DNA of 32,000 nucleotides from Candidatus Lokiarchaeum ossiferum (lineage in GTDB: Archaea > Asgardarchaeota > Lokiarchaeia > Sigyniarchaeales > Promethearchaeaceae): NCBI GenBank assembly GCA_025839675.1, contig CP104013.1, positions 2,970,001 to 3,002,000 on the forward strand. The letters are read 5' to 3'. Within the stretch, counting starts at the first letter, position 1. Every line of letters begins with the position of its first letter. The notes under the pieces are model-generated. The model saw only the letters and a list, made by a program, of their open reading frames with translations, did not search any database and was not told the origin of the DNA. The translations under genes and the position numbers were made by a program. Of this stretch, positions 1-7,971 are shown one piece after another.

Positions 1-2
1 GA

Positions 3-65
3 CCAGAAATGAAAGAAGATCTATTTAAAAGGATAAAAAACGAGTTTTCAAAATTTGATGATTAA
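3..65 (+). CDS. 3' end of a gene running in from the left edge (…PEMKEDLFKRIKNEFSKFDD*); product unknown
   Basis: Frame 3 is open from the window edge to TAA at 63-65. An 11-nt T run (83-93) follows 18 nt downstream, as expected for an archaeal terminator. Only 20 codons are visible. Confidence 0.25.
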   Translation, partial: PEMKEDLFKRIKNEFSKFDD

Positions 66-79
66 GATGCAATAATAGC

Positions 80-250
80 CTATTTTTTTTTTTCATCATA
101 GCATTTGACAGAATTATTCATTTGATCGCATATTTCTTGATCTAACGGACTTGTGGGTTGATTTTGAGCATCAGGATGCTGCTCTGCAAATAACTTCTGA
201 GAATTTTTCAATATTTTCTCCACTTTTGAATTTATTTGTGCAATTTCCAT
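80..250 (-). CDS. Small hypothetical protein, 56 aa (MEIAQINSKVEKILKNSQKLFAEQHPDAQNQPTSPLDQEICDQMNNSVKCYDEKKK)
   Basis: Hand-translated ATG(250)…TAG(80-82) ORF, below the 60-aa cutoff of the supplied track. The sequence is hydrophilic and looks helical. An AT-rich TATA-like element (AATAAATTT) lies about 27 nt upstream of the ATG. No family was recognised. Confidence 0.2.
   Translation of the reverse strand: MEIAQINSKVEKILKNSQKLFAEQHPDAQNQPTSPLDQEICDQMNNSVKCYDEKKK
83..93 (+). terminator. Oligo-T (T11) run, putative archaeal terminator for the gene ending at 65
   Basis: Uninterrupted T11 directly downstream of a stop codon. Archaeal RNAP terminates at oligo-T tracts. Confidence 0.3.
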
Positions 251-567
251 ATCCGTCTAGATACAAATCAAATTTATTCCATATAGTTTTATTTATTTGT
301 GTTAACAGTACAGATAGACATAATTGTATCTCCCAATTTTCTTGTAGGTATTAAATTATGGTGCATACTTTACTACTTTAAGAAATTAGTAAGAAAATTT
401 TGTAGAAATTATCTGAGAAGTAGTATTAATTGATCTTTTTTGATCATCGAATGATTCATTAAAAGAAAATCAAGATATCTTTTGTTTTTCGAGAATTTTT
501 TAAATACTAGCAATTTTATAATAACAAGCCACCTTGAATGTTGGGATTTCGATGATTTGATGAAATA

Positions 568-1062
568 ATGATAATTGAAACAAAATATACAGAAAAAGAT
601 TACCATAACGCCTTTTCTTCGTATTATTCTTCAGTATGGGTCTTTAAAATATTCCCAATGTTTGGCACTATAGCTTTTGTGCTCCCTTTTATTTTATATG
701 GCATATATAAAAGGTTAAGTTACCATTTGGGACTCCTCCTTATAGTATCACTCTTTTGTTTTCTTTTTAAATGGATAATTATTACATTTAATGTAAAGGA
801 AATGAAATCCAATAAAAATTTTGGGAGCGCTAATGTGGTTGAATTCTTTAATGATGGGCGCATTGAGGCTAGATCGGAGAATGCGAAATCCGAATTTCGA
901 ATAGATAGCTTCATTCATTATAAAGTTTCTAAAGGTTGGATTTATCTATTTATTCAAAAAAATCTTTTTATTCCAATAAGGATTTCCGATGCTACTCCAA
1001 ATGAGTCGTTTGAAGAATTATTAGGATTATTGCATAAATTTGGAATAAAAAAGAAAGGGTAA
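568..1062 (+). CDS. YcxB-like membrane protein (two TM helices plus a small C-terminal domain)
   Basis: ATG start. Two hydrophobic helices (FPMFGTIAFVLPFILYGIY and LGLLLIVSLFCFLFKWIIITF) precede a roughly 80-aa soluble domain with the YcxB-like pattern (…WIYLFIQKNLFIPIRISD…). Recognition is from memory of the family. Confidence 0.55.
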   Translation: MIIETKYTEKDYHNAFSSYYSSVWVFKIFPMFGTIAFVLPFILYGIYKRLSYHLGLLLIVSLFCFLFKWIIITFNVKEMKSNKNFGSANVVEFFNDGRIEARSENAKSEFRIDSFIHYKVSKGWIYLFIQKNLFIPIRISDATPNESFEELLGLLHKFGIKKKG

Positions 1063-1393
1063 TAACCGAATCTAATAATTTAGAAAATAATGGAAAATAG
1101 TTGAGAATTAATAGAATTTAGAACAGAATTTTATCCAATATTGTATTATTATTGAAGATACTGGCAAAAATGGTTAGAAAAATGTTGATAGACAGACCAA
1201 ATCACTCCAATCAAAGATTTAGGTGTTGATAGTTTGATTGGCAATGCTCTCCCTATTAGCTCTTTTATCATTTTTTCTTCTCCTATGAAGCCATATAAAA
1301 AGTCCTAAAGTAGGTAGATGCAAAAAAATCGAAAATTTTTATATTGATCTTGTATTAGATTACTTAGATCGTTAATCCGACTAAAAAAACCAT

Positions 1394-1513
1394 GCACATG
1401 TAGCCAAGCTGGTCGACGGCGCTGGACTTGAATTGATCTCTTCAATTTTGAAGGATCTAAAGATATCCAGTAAGCTTACGCTTTCGTGGGTTCGAATCCC
1501 CCCGTGTGCGCCA
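1394..1513 (+). tRNA. tRNA-Ser (anticodon UGA) with a 32-nt intron at 37/38, a long variable arm and encoded CCA
   Basis: - Acceptor stem GCACATG/CGTGTGC gives 7 bp including one G-U.
- The D arm has a 3-bp stem and a GG loop.
- Anticodon stem CTGGA(1422-1426)/TCCAG(1466-1470) is perfect, and the loop is CT-TGA-A…A.
- The 15-nt variable arm is TAAGCTTACGCTTTC with an AAGC/GCTT stem, making this a type II tRNA.
- The T arm is GTGGG-TTCGAAT-CCCCC.
- The discriminator is G, followed by CCA at 1511-1513.
- A T-rich tract follows the gene. Confidence 0.85.
1433..1464 (+). other. tRNA intron at canonical position 37/38
   Basis: Removing 1433-1464 restores a 7-nt anticodon loop (CTTGAAA) closed by the perfect 5-bp stem. 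The intron has an internal hairpin, GATCTCTTCAA…TTGAAGGATC. A bulge-helix-bulge fold is plausible but I did not fully verify it by hand. Confidence 0.7.
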
Positions 1514-1765
1514 TCTTTCTTTTATTTCCTTTAATTGTGAGTTAGTTATTTTTGATACTATGGAATAATAGATCAGGAAGTCTAGTGAGTGGAAAGAAAG
1601 CATTTTGAGCTCTATAAATTAGAAAAATTAATTTTCATTTCAAGCGAATAAACTCAAAAAAGGATTAGATTGTTTCTGAAAGGAGATTAAAGTAAATTTT
1701 TGCTATGCAATAGGCTGTTCAAGGAATTTTTTTGGTTGCTTATAATCAGAATTCATGGCACAGGG

Positions 1766-2443
1766 TCAATTATCTGGTATCTCATCAAGCATTTTTTGGG
1801 AACATTCAGGACATAATCCATGAGTAAATTCAGTACCTTTGCTCATGCGAAAATAATCATCTACTGGGAGCCAAGAACCTTCTTCCGAATGGATTTTTTT
1901 ACATGAAGAACATATTGGAAGAATTGATTCGAGGGTGTGAATTTTCATTAAAGCTTCCTGAAGATCATTATTTCGAAAAATTAATTCTAAATCCGTTTCA
2001 ATGACTTTCTGAAAGCTTCCAACGAGTTTATTATAATTATCTGTATAAGCATTCGGTTTTGAATCCAAAACACAGACGGTTCCAAAGATTTCACCGTTTG
2101 GCCAACTAATCGGAAATCCAAGATAAGAAATCATACCGAGTTTTATATCCGGATTCTGATTCCATTCTGGATCGTTTAAAGCATCTTGAACAATTAAGGA
2201 TCGTTGGGATTGCATCACGGTGGTGCAATAGAGTCCACTTAATTTCGCCTTTTCTCCAACTTCATAGGGATTTCCTTGTGTGTTACTCGAAACAAAGACT
2301 TCTATATTTGGAGGAGAGACACGCATAATTAACCCAGAGGGGACATTGATAATTTCCGCCATGATATTAACAATTTCTTGCCAATTTTTAATAAATTTAT
2401 CTGGAATTGAAGTAGAATTGGTGGAAATATCAAAATTTTGCAT
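1766..2443 (-). CDS. GAF-domain sensor protein with a C-terminal CxxC…CxxC (zinc-ribbon-like) module
   Basis: 225 aa. Residues about 20-155 have a GAF-like pattern (…SGLIMRV…YCTTV…LGFPISWPNGEIFGTVCVLD…). The C-terminus reads ILPIC178SSC181KKIHSEEGSWLPVDDYFRMSKGTEFTHGLC211PEC214SQKM. Confidence 0.8.
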   Translation of the reverse strand: MQNFDISTNSTSIPDKFIKNWQEIVNIMAEIINVPSGLIMRVSPPNIEVFVSSNTQGNPYEVGEKAKLSGLYCTTVMQSQRSLIVQDALNDPEWNQNPDIKLGMISYLGFPISWPNGEIFGTVCVLDSKPNAYTDNYNKLVGSFQKVIETDLELIFRNNDLQEALMKIHTLESILPICSSCKKIHSEEGSWLPVDDYFRMSKGTEFTHGLCPECSQKMLDEIPDN

Positions 2444-2663
2444 AATAATTATTATGAGGCAATATTTGAAAAAAAATATTATTAAAAATTATTTGTGGAA
2501 GAGATATTCTTCTAACAAATTATAAGGCAAAATTACCATGGAGATCAAAAATCAAAATGTGAAGTCAAATTTTTTCACATTTTTGGCGTTAAGACATTTA
2601 AAAAGTCAATTCATCATTATAATGGCATAGAATTATATAAGATTGAAACAGATTGAGAAGTGG

Positions 2664-3737
2664 ATGGCAATTCAAATATATGTATTCCTCAGGATGAGCT
2701 TAAACGGAGTTTTGTTCATTCTTTTTATAATATTTCTGTATAAAGCAATACGAAGGAAACAATTTGCCCCATTTTTGACTGGAAGCTTTTCTTTAGCTTT
2801 GATCGGCAACACTATAATCTTATTCACAGATCAAATCATTAAAATCAATTTATACGGTCATTTTCTGGTGGCTGTTTCTTTTTCTCTAATTTATCTTCAT
2901 TGTGTTGCCTTGATCAATTCCAGGCCAAACATGTTTATCCAGATCTTTTTCATCAGCTTGAATTCAGCCATTTTATTGATCTCTATGTTGAAATCTTTTG
3001 ATCTGCTTAGCGAAAATATTGCATCTCAGCTTGTAATGCAAATTTCTTCAACAATAAAAATGGTAGCACTGGTATTTTCTGTTATCATTGAGGTCAAGAT
3101 ATATTCAAACACGAAATTGGTAACTGTTAAAATAGAATTGATTTCAATTGTCATCTTGCTGATCTATGCAATCAACTTATTTATCCGAGATTTTTTATTT
3201 TTTTCAGAATATGCAATGATTTTTACCCAAATTTCGTGGTTTTCGGTTTTACTAGGGAGTATCCTATTAATTTGCAACTATATAACGCATGCAAACTACA
3301 TATACTATCTTCCCTTTCCGATTCATAGTATCATTGTATATAATGAAGGCGGAATGTTAACCTATGCTCAAAAATTTAATAATTCGAAATTTACTGATCA
3401 ACTTCCAGATGCTTTAATTTCTGGAATATACTCAGCAATATCATCATTAGTTAGAGATACATTGGGAGTAGGTGCTCAGTTGCAACATATTAATGCAGAT
3501 AAATATCAAATCTATTTCAAAGAAACTTCTAATTTGAAGGCAACCTTGGCAGTGATAGCCTTAGGGAAATCATTCTTTTTCCAAAAATCACTAAATAAAT
3601 TCATTGATTCCATCCCTAATAGTTTAATTAATGAAATAAATCAACCAGGGGTTGCTTTATCGGATTTTCAGCAAGAAATTGAGGAGTATGTTAAACAGTC
3701 TTTTCCTTATATTCAAATTCTAAATGATTTAGATTAA
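2664..3737 (+). CDS. Seven-TM membrane protein with a C-terminal cytoplasmic longin/roadblock-like domain
   Basis: The ORF opens at TTG 2643 and the first ATG is 2664 (MAIQIYVF…). I count seven hydrophobic helices up to about aa 222. The C-terminal ~135 aa (IHSIIVYNEGGMLTY…PDALISGIYSAISSLVRDTL…YQIYFKE…ATLAVIALGK…FFQKSLNKFIDSI) has a beta-beta-alpha-beta-beta-beta-alpha pattern. This domain is paralogous to the product of 24533-25084. Confidence 0.7.
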   Translation: MAIQIYVFLRMSLNGVLFILFIIFLYKAIRRKQFAPFLTGSFSLALIGNTIILFTDQIIKINLYGHFLVAVSFSLIYLHCVALINSRPNMFIQIFFISLNSAILLISMLKSFDLLSENIASQLVMQISSTIKMVALVFSVIIEVKIYSNTKLVTVKIELISIVILLIYAINLFIRDFLFFSEYAMIFTQISWFSVLLGSILLICNYITHANYIYYLPFPIHSIIVYNEGGMLTYAQKFNNSKFTDQLPDALISGIYSAISSLVRDTLGVGAQLQHINADKYQIYFKETSNLKATLAVIALGKSFFFQKSLNKFIDSIPNSLINEINQPGVALSDFQQEIEEYVKQSFPYIQILNDLD

Positions 3738-3873
3738 TGATTAAAATGTAGAATTGTTTTAGGTTTGATGGATTCATTAGCTGTCAAATTATATCACTCA
3801 GACCATCAGAATACAAACTTAGGATAATGAAGTCTTATGAAGTTATTTAAGGCAAAAAAGCCCATTATTTACT

Positions 3874-4728
3874 ATGAAATTGAAAGTTGGTCAAACTATA
3901 CAAAAAGTGGGAGAAGTGAAATCCTCCCATTTTATGAAGATGGTAAATCTCCTCGGGTTTGAACACGTGGAATTTGATCCTACTGTATTCGATGATATTG
4001 AGGCAACAATTCCAACCATTAGAAAACATTCCGTAGTGCTTCATGCCCCCTTCTACTCTTGGTGGGGGTATGATTTGAGTTCCCGGAATCAATCGGAAAA
4101 AGTTGAAGCTTATATGAAAAATGTGGAGAAGTTTGCATCCCAGTTGAAGGCACATTCAATTGTGGTGCACCCCCCGATGGATCCAGAGGGTGATAAAGTT
4201 TTTTTTTTAGAAAATCTGAATAGACTCCCTATAACAATTTTCTTAGAGAATCTTCCAGGACAAAAACTCTCTGATTTTGAACGGTGGTATCTTGAAACAA
4301 AAGCGAAAACTACGACTCACACAGAAATATGTTTTGATGTACCACACAGTTTTCTAACCCACGGAAGAGAGAATTTATTCAATATTCCCGAATCGTTGAT
4401 TTCAGACATAAATTACATTCACATCTCCGAGTTATCTTCGGAGAAAGATTGCCATTGGCCCTTTGGGACTCCAGGAGGAGAATTACCTTTTGAGAAATTT
4501 GTGGATTTTCTACATCGAATTGATTTCAATGGAATTATTAATATGGAAATGATGCCAGCAGATTTGCAAGGAATTAATAACCTTATCGATTCATACTTGA
4601 AATTAAAGAAACTTGGGACTAAGTTCCAATATATAATGAAAAAGATACGAGTCACGTTAATCAAACCTATTTTATTGAATAAGCTGCAAGGGGTGCCATT
4701 AAAAGCAGAACCTGATAAACATATTTGA
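3874..4728 (+). CDS. Sugar phosphate isomerase/epimerase (xylose isomerase-like TIM barrel, AP_endonuc_2 family)
   Basis: 284 aa with an ATG start. Family-typical strand-end motifs are present: VVLHAPF, SIVVHPP, IFLENL, ICFDVPH, IHISE, INMEM. Confidence 0.7.
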   Translation: MKLKVGQTIQKVGEVKSSHFMKMVNLLGFEHVEFDPTVFDDIEATIPTIRKHSVVLHAPFYSWWGYDLSSRNQSEKVEAYMKNVEKFASQLKAHSIVVHPPMDPEGDKVFFLENLNRLPITIFLENLPGQKLSDFERWYLETKAKTTTHTEICFDVPHSFLTHGRENLFNIPESLISDINYIHISELSSEKDCHWPFGTPGGELPFEKFVDFLHRIDFNGIINMEMMPADLQGINNLIDSYLKLKKLGTKFQYIMKKIRVTLIKPILLNKLQGVPLKAEPDKHI

Positions 4729-4943
4729 TTTTCAATAAATCACAGACAATTTTTTTTAAAGTGCCATTGATATATTCAAAATTGATTATAATATCGCTTC
4801 CATATATTTATAGGATTAAATAATTGTAAATTAACCTATCAAGGAATTGAAGAAAAATTGGAAAGGAATAATAATTTCAAACCGGATGAACTATTTAACT
4901 CATTTTTTTTGCAAAAATAAATATATATCCTAGATGAAATAAA

Positions 4944-7925
4944 TTGAAGGAAATGTCAGAACAAATATATCGGCAAGTTTTTGAAGGTGCTGCTGAGGGG
5001 ATTTTGATAGCAGATGTTAATACCAAGGAATTTTTATTTGCAAATCCTGCAATATGTAATCTATTAAAGTATTCTAAGGATGAATTAATTCGTCTATCAG
5101 TTTTGGATATTCACCCAAAGGAAGAGTTGGATCATGTACTTTCTGAATTTAATGCACAAGCCCGGGGTGAAAAAATTGTGGCAATGAGCATACCTTGTTT
5201 AAGAAAAGATGGAAAAGTGATCTATGCTGATATCAATACTACTAGGGTAATCATTAATAATAAGGAATATAACCTTGGGTTTTTTTCGGATGTTACCTCA
5301 CGAATAGATGCATTAAAGCAAGCTCAAGATCACATAATATTTCTAGAAAGTCTAGATAAAATTGAAGTAGCTATCAGATCTGCCACAAACGCAGAAGAAT
5401 TGCTTCATAATGTTTTGCAAGAAGTTTTCGCTATTTTCAATTGCGATAGGGCATTTCTATTTTACCCATGTGATCCTGAATCCCCTAGTTACCGAATTCC
5501 ATTTGAAATTTTTAAAAAGGAATATCCAGGAGCTTCCATCCAAGATCTGGACCAACCCATGAGACCTGGAGAAGTAGATATATGCAGAGCAGTTCTTGCA
5601 ACAAGCAATCCTATATCTTATGGACCAAATGGCGATTTCCCACTCTATACAGAAGGTACAGAACAATTTGGAATTCTTTCACAATTAGTAATAGCAATTC
5701 ATCCGAAATTAGATAAACCTTGGATTCTCGGTTTGCACCAATGTTCATTTGCTCGAATTTGGTCACCCGCAGAATATACACTTTTGAAGGAGATTGGTCG
5801 CCGGATATCTGACGGTTTAAATAGCTTGCTTATATTTCAACAACTCCAAGAAAGTCAAATGGAATATAAAAATCTTCTTGATGCTATTCCAGATATGGTT
5901 TGGGTAAGTGATTTGGAAGAAAAATTTCTATTTGCTTCGGAAGGCTGGAAACGTATTGCAGGTTATGATCCTAAAGAGTTGATTGGAAAACCTTTCTACG
6001 ATATAATGGTGAAAGAAGAACAAGCGGAACTTGATTTTGCACCTGAAGAATATCAAGAAGGAGTTAAAGAAAAATTTGATGATCTTAAAACAAAAGAAGC
6101 AGCTTATCGTGATTTTCTAAATTGGAATTATCATAAAAATGGTGAAAAACGATGTCACTCATCTAGCGCAGTGCCTCGATATGATAAACAAGGTAAATTT
6201 ATTGGATATGTAGGGATTGATAAAGATATAACAGATTGGGTTAAAGCAGAAAGAGCCTTAAAAATGAATCAAATACGTTTGGAAGCCCAAATTAAGCTCA
6301 ATAATATGATATCATCATCCATTACCCAAATAACAGATTTTACTTTAAATGAGGCGATAAAAATGACCGAGAGTGAACTTGGTTATTTAGCTTTTATAAA
6401 TCATGATGAATCTATACTAACGATACAGAGCTGGTCCCAAAAAACGATGAAACAATGCCAGATTAAAGACAAGCCTTTGAAATTCCAAGTTAAAGATACC
6501 GGGTTGTGGGGAGAATCAATTCGTCAAAGAAAACCAACAATTACTAATGATTATGATGCTCCTAATCCCTTCAAAAAGGGGATTCCAGAAGGTCATATTC
6601 ACCTTTCACGACATTTAAATGTTCCAATTTTTGAGAAAGACAAGATTGTTGCTTTGATAGGCGTTGCTAACAAGAAAGAAAATTATGATGAAGCAGATAT
6701 TTCCCAGTTGACCTTACTAGTGCAAGCAATGTGGATGATTATTACTAGGAAAAAATCAGAGGAGGAACTTCAAAAAGTTGAAGATCAGCTGATTCAAAGT
6801 AGAAAAATGGAAGCTATTGGACAACTTGCTGGGGGAGTTGCGCATGATTTCAATAATATCTTGGCGGGAATATTGGGTGCTGCTGAAGTTCTTATGGATA
6901 TAAATACAGATAATTCAAACCAAATAGAATTTTTAGAAATGATAATTCAGGATGTAAAACGTGCATCAACTTTAACCAACAAACTTTTAACTTTCAGCCA
7001 TAAAAATAAGAAAAAATTTGAGACAATCGATTGTTTAGAGGTAATTAATGACACAATCAGCATATTAAAACGAGCGATTGATAAAAAAATAAATATCAAA
7101 TTTGAAAACAACGCAGTTCAATCAATTATTTACGGAGATGAGTTTCAGCTGGAGAATGCTTTCATGAATATTGGGATAAATGGAAGCCAAGCCATGAAAA
7201 ATGGAGGAAATCTTAATTTTAAGACCAGTAATGTCTATTTGGATCAAACCTACTGTGACCATTCAATTTTTTCAATAACTCCAGGGGATTATTTTATGCT
7301 GGAAATTAAAGATGAGGGAATTGGAATTGTTCCAGAACATCTCACCAAAATTTTTGAACCTTTTTTTACAACAAAAGAATTAGGAAAAGGAACGGGGTTA
7401 GGTTTATCTGTTACCTATGGAATAATTCAAGAACATAATGGCGCGATAAAAGTGACCAGCGAAGTAGATGTAGGATCAAATTTTACAATTTATTTACCTC
7501 TAACCAAGGATCCTCTAACAATCCAATTGCCAAAAAAAATCACCCATGAGGGAAAAGGAACGATTCTACTTATTGATGATGAGGAAATGATTCGATATCC
7601 TGCGAAACGAATACTAGAAGGAATGGGTTACCACATAATTTTAGCAGAAAATGGTCGAGACGGTGTAAATAAATTTATTCAGCATCAAGATAGCATTATT
7701 TTAGTAATTTTAGACATGATAATGCCAATTATGAATGGAAGGGACACCTTTCTGGAATTACGGAGAATTGATGCTAAATGTAAAATAATTATTGCGACTG
7801 GATATGCGAAAGAAGAAAAAATTGAGGAATTGCGACAAATGGGACTATCCGGTGTTATTAAAAAGCCTTATCTTAAATCAGAACTAAGCATTCTCCTATC
7901 AAACATATTTTCGAATCACTCATGA
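4944..7925 (+). CDS. Hybrid sensor histidine kinase (PAS-GAF-PAS-GAF-HisKA-HATPase_c-REC)
   Basis: 993 aa.
- H-box: IGQLAGGVAHDFNNIL.
- N box: FMNIGINGSQAM.
- G1/G2: DEGIGI…GTGLGLSV.
- REC: ILLIDDEE…ILDMIMPIMNG…KKP.
- N-terminal PAS: YRQVFEGAAEGILIAD.
The start may be ATG 4953 rather than TTG 4944. Confidence 0.9.
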   Translation: MKEMSEQIYRQVFEGAAEGILIADVNTKEFLFANPAICNLLKYSKDELIRLSVLDIHPKEELDHVLSEFNAQARGEKIVAMSIPCLRKDGKVIYADINTTRVIINNKEYNLGFFSDVTSRIDALKQAQDHIIFLESLDKIEVAIRSATNAEELLHNVLQEVFAIFNCDRAFLFYPCDPESPSYRIPFEIFKKEYPGASIQDLDQPMRPGEVDICRAVLATSNPISYGPNGDFPLYTEGTEQFGILSQLVIAIHPKLDKPWILGLHQCSFARIWSPAEYTLLKEIGRRISDGLNSLLIFQQLQESQMEYKNLLDAIPDMVWVSDLEEKFLFASEGWKRIAGYDPKELIGKPFYDIMVKEEQAELDFAPEEYQEGVKEKFDDLKTKEAAYRDFLNWNYHKNGEKRCHSSSAVPRYDKQGKFIGYVGIDKDITDWVKAERALKMNQIRLEAQIKLNNMISSSITQITDFTLNEAIKMTESELGYLAFINHDESILTIQSWSQKTMKQCQIKDKPLKFQVKDTGLWGESIRQRKPTITNDYDAPNPFKKGIPEGHIHLSRHLNVPIFEKDKIVALIGVANKKENYDEADISQLTLLVQAMWMIITRKKSEEELQKVEDQLIQSRKMEAIGQLAGGVAHDFNNILAGILGAAEVLMDINTDNSNQIEFLEMIIQDVKRASTLTNKLLTFSHKNKKKFETIDCLEVINDTISILKRAIDKKINIKFENNAVQSIIYGDEFQLENAFMNIGINGSQAMKNGGNLNFKTSNVYLDQTYCDHSIFSITPGDYFMLEIKDEGIGIVPEHLTKIFEPFFTTKELGKGTGLGLSVTYGIIQEHNGAIKVTSEVDVGSNFTIYLPLTKDPLTIQLPKKITHEGKGTILLIDDEEMIRYPAKRILEGMGYHIILAENGRDGVNKFIQHQDSIILVILDMIMPIMNGRDTFLELRRIDAKCKIIIATGYAKEEKIEELRQMGLSGVIKKPYLKSELSILLSNIFSNHS

Positions 7926-7971
7926 CATGCCTCAATGTTTTTTAAGCTAGAAACCTTATTATATACCTACA

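Noticed and set aside
151-606. Track ORFs 151-354 (+, TTG start) and 409-606 (-).
   Set aside because: The translations look like AT-rich noise (FCIFCFNYHYF…; LFHIVLFICVN…) and contain no motifs. 409-606 overlaps the start of the YcxB-like gene. A 56-aa minus-strand ORF (80-250) looks more protein-like, so I listed that one instead, at low confidence.
1063-1765. Possible integrated element or attachment site next to the tRNA gene, plus small ORFs of 41 aa or fewer in the flanks.
   Set aside because: There is no integrase, no direct repeat of the tRNA 3' end that I could find nearby, and no mobile-element genes in the window. The flanking ORFs are short and unconvincing.
2280-4664. Track ORFs 2280-2525 (+), 3865-4155 (-), 4419-4664 (-).
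   Set aside because: They are antisense shadows of the GAF gene and the TIM-barrel gene, with no motifs and implausible composition.
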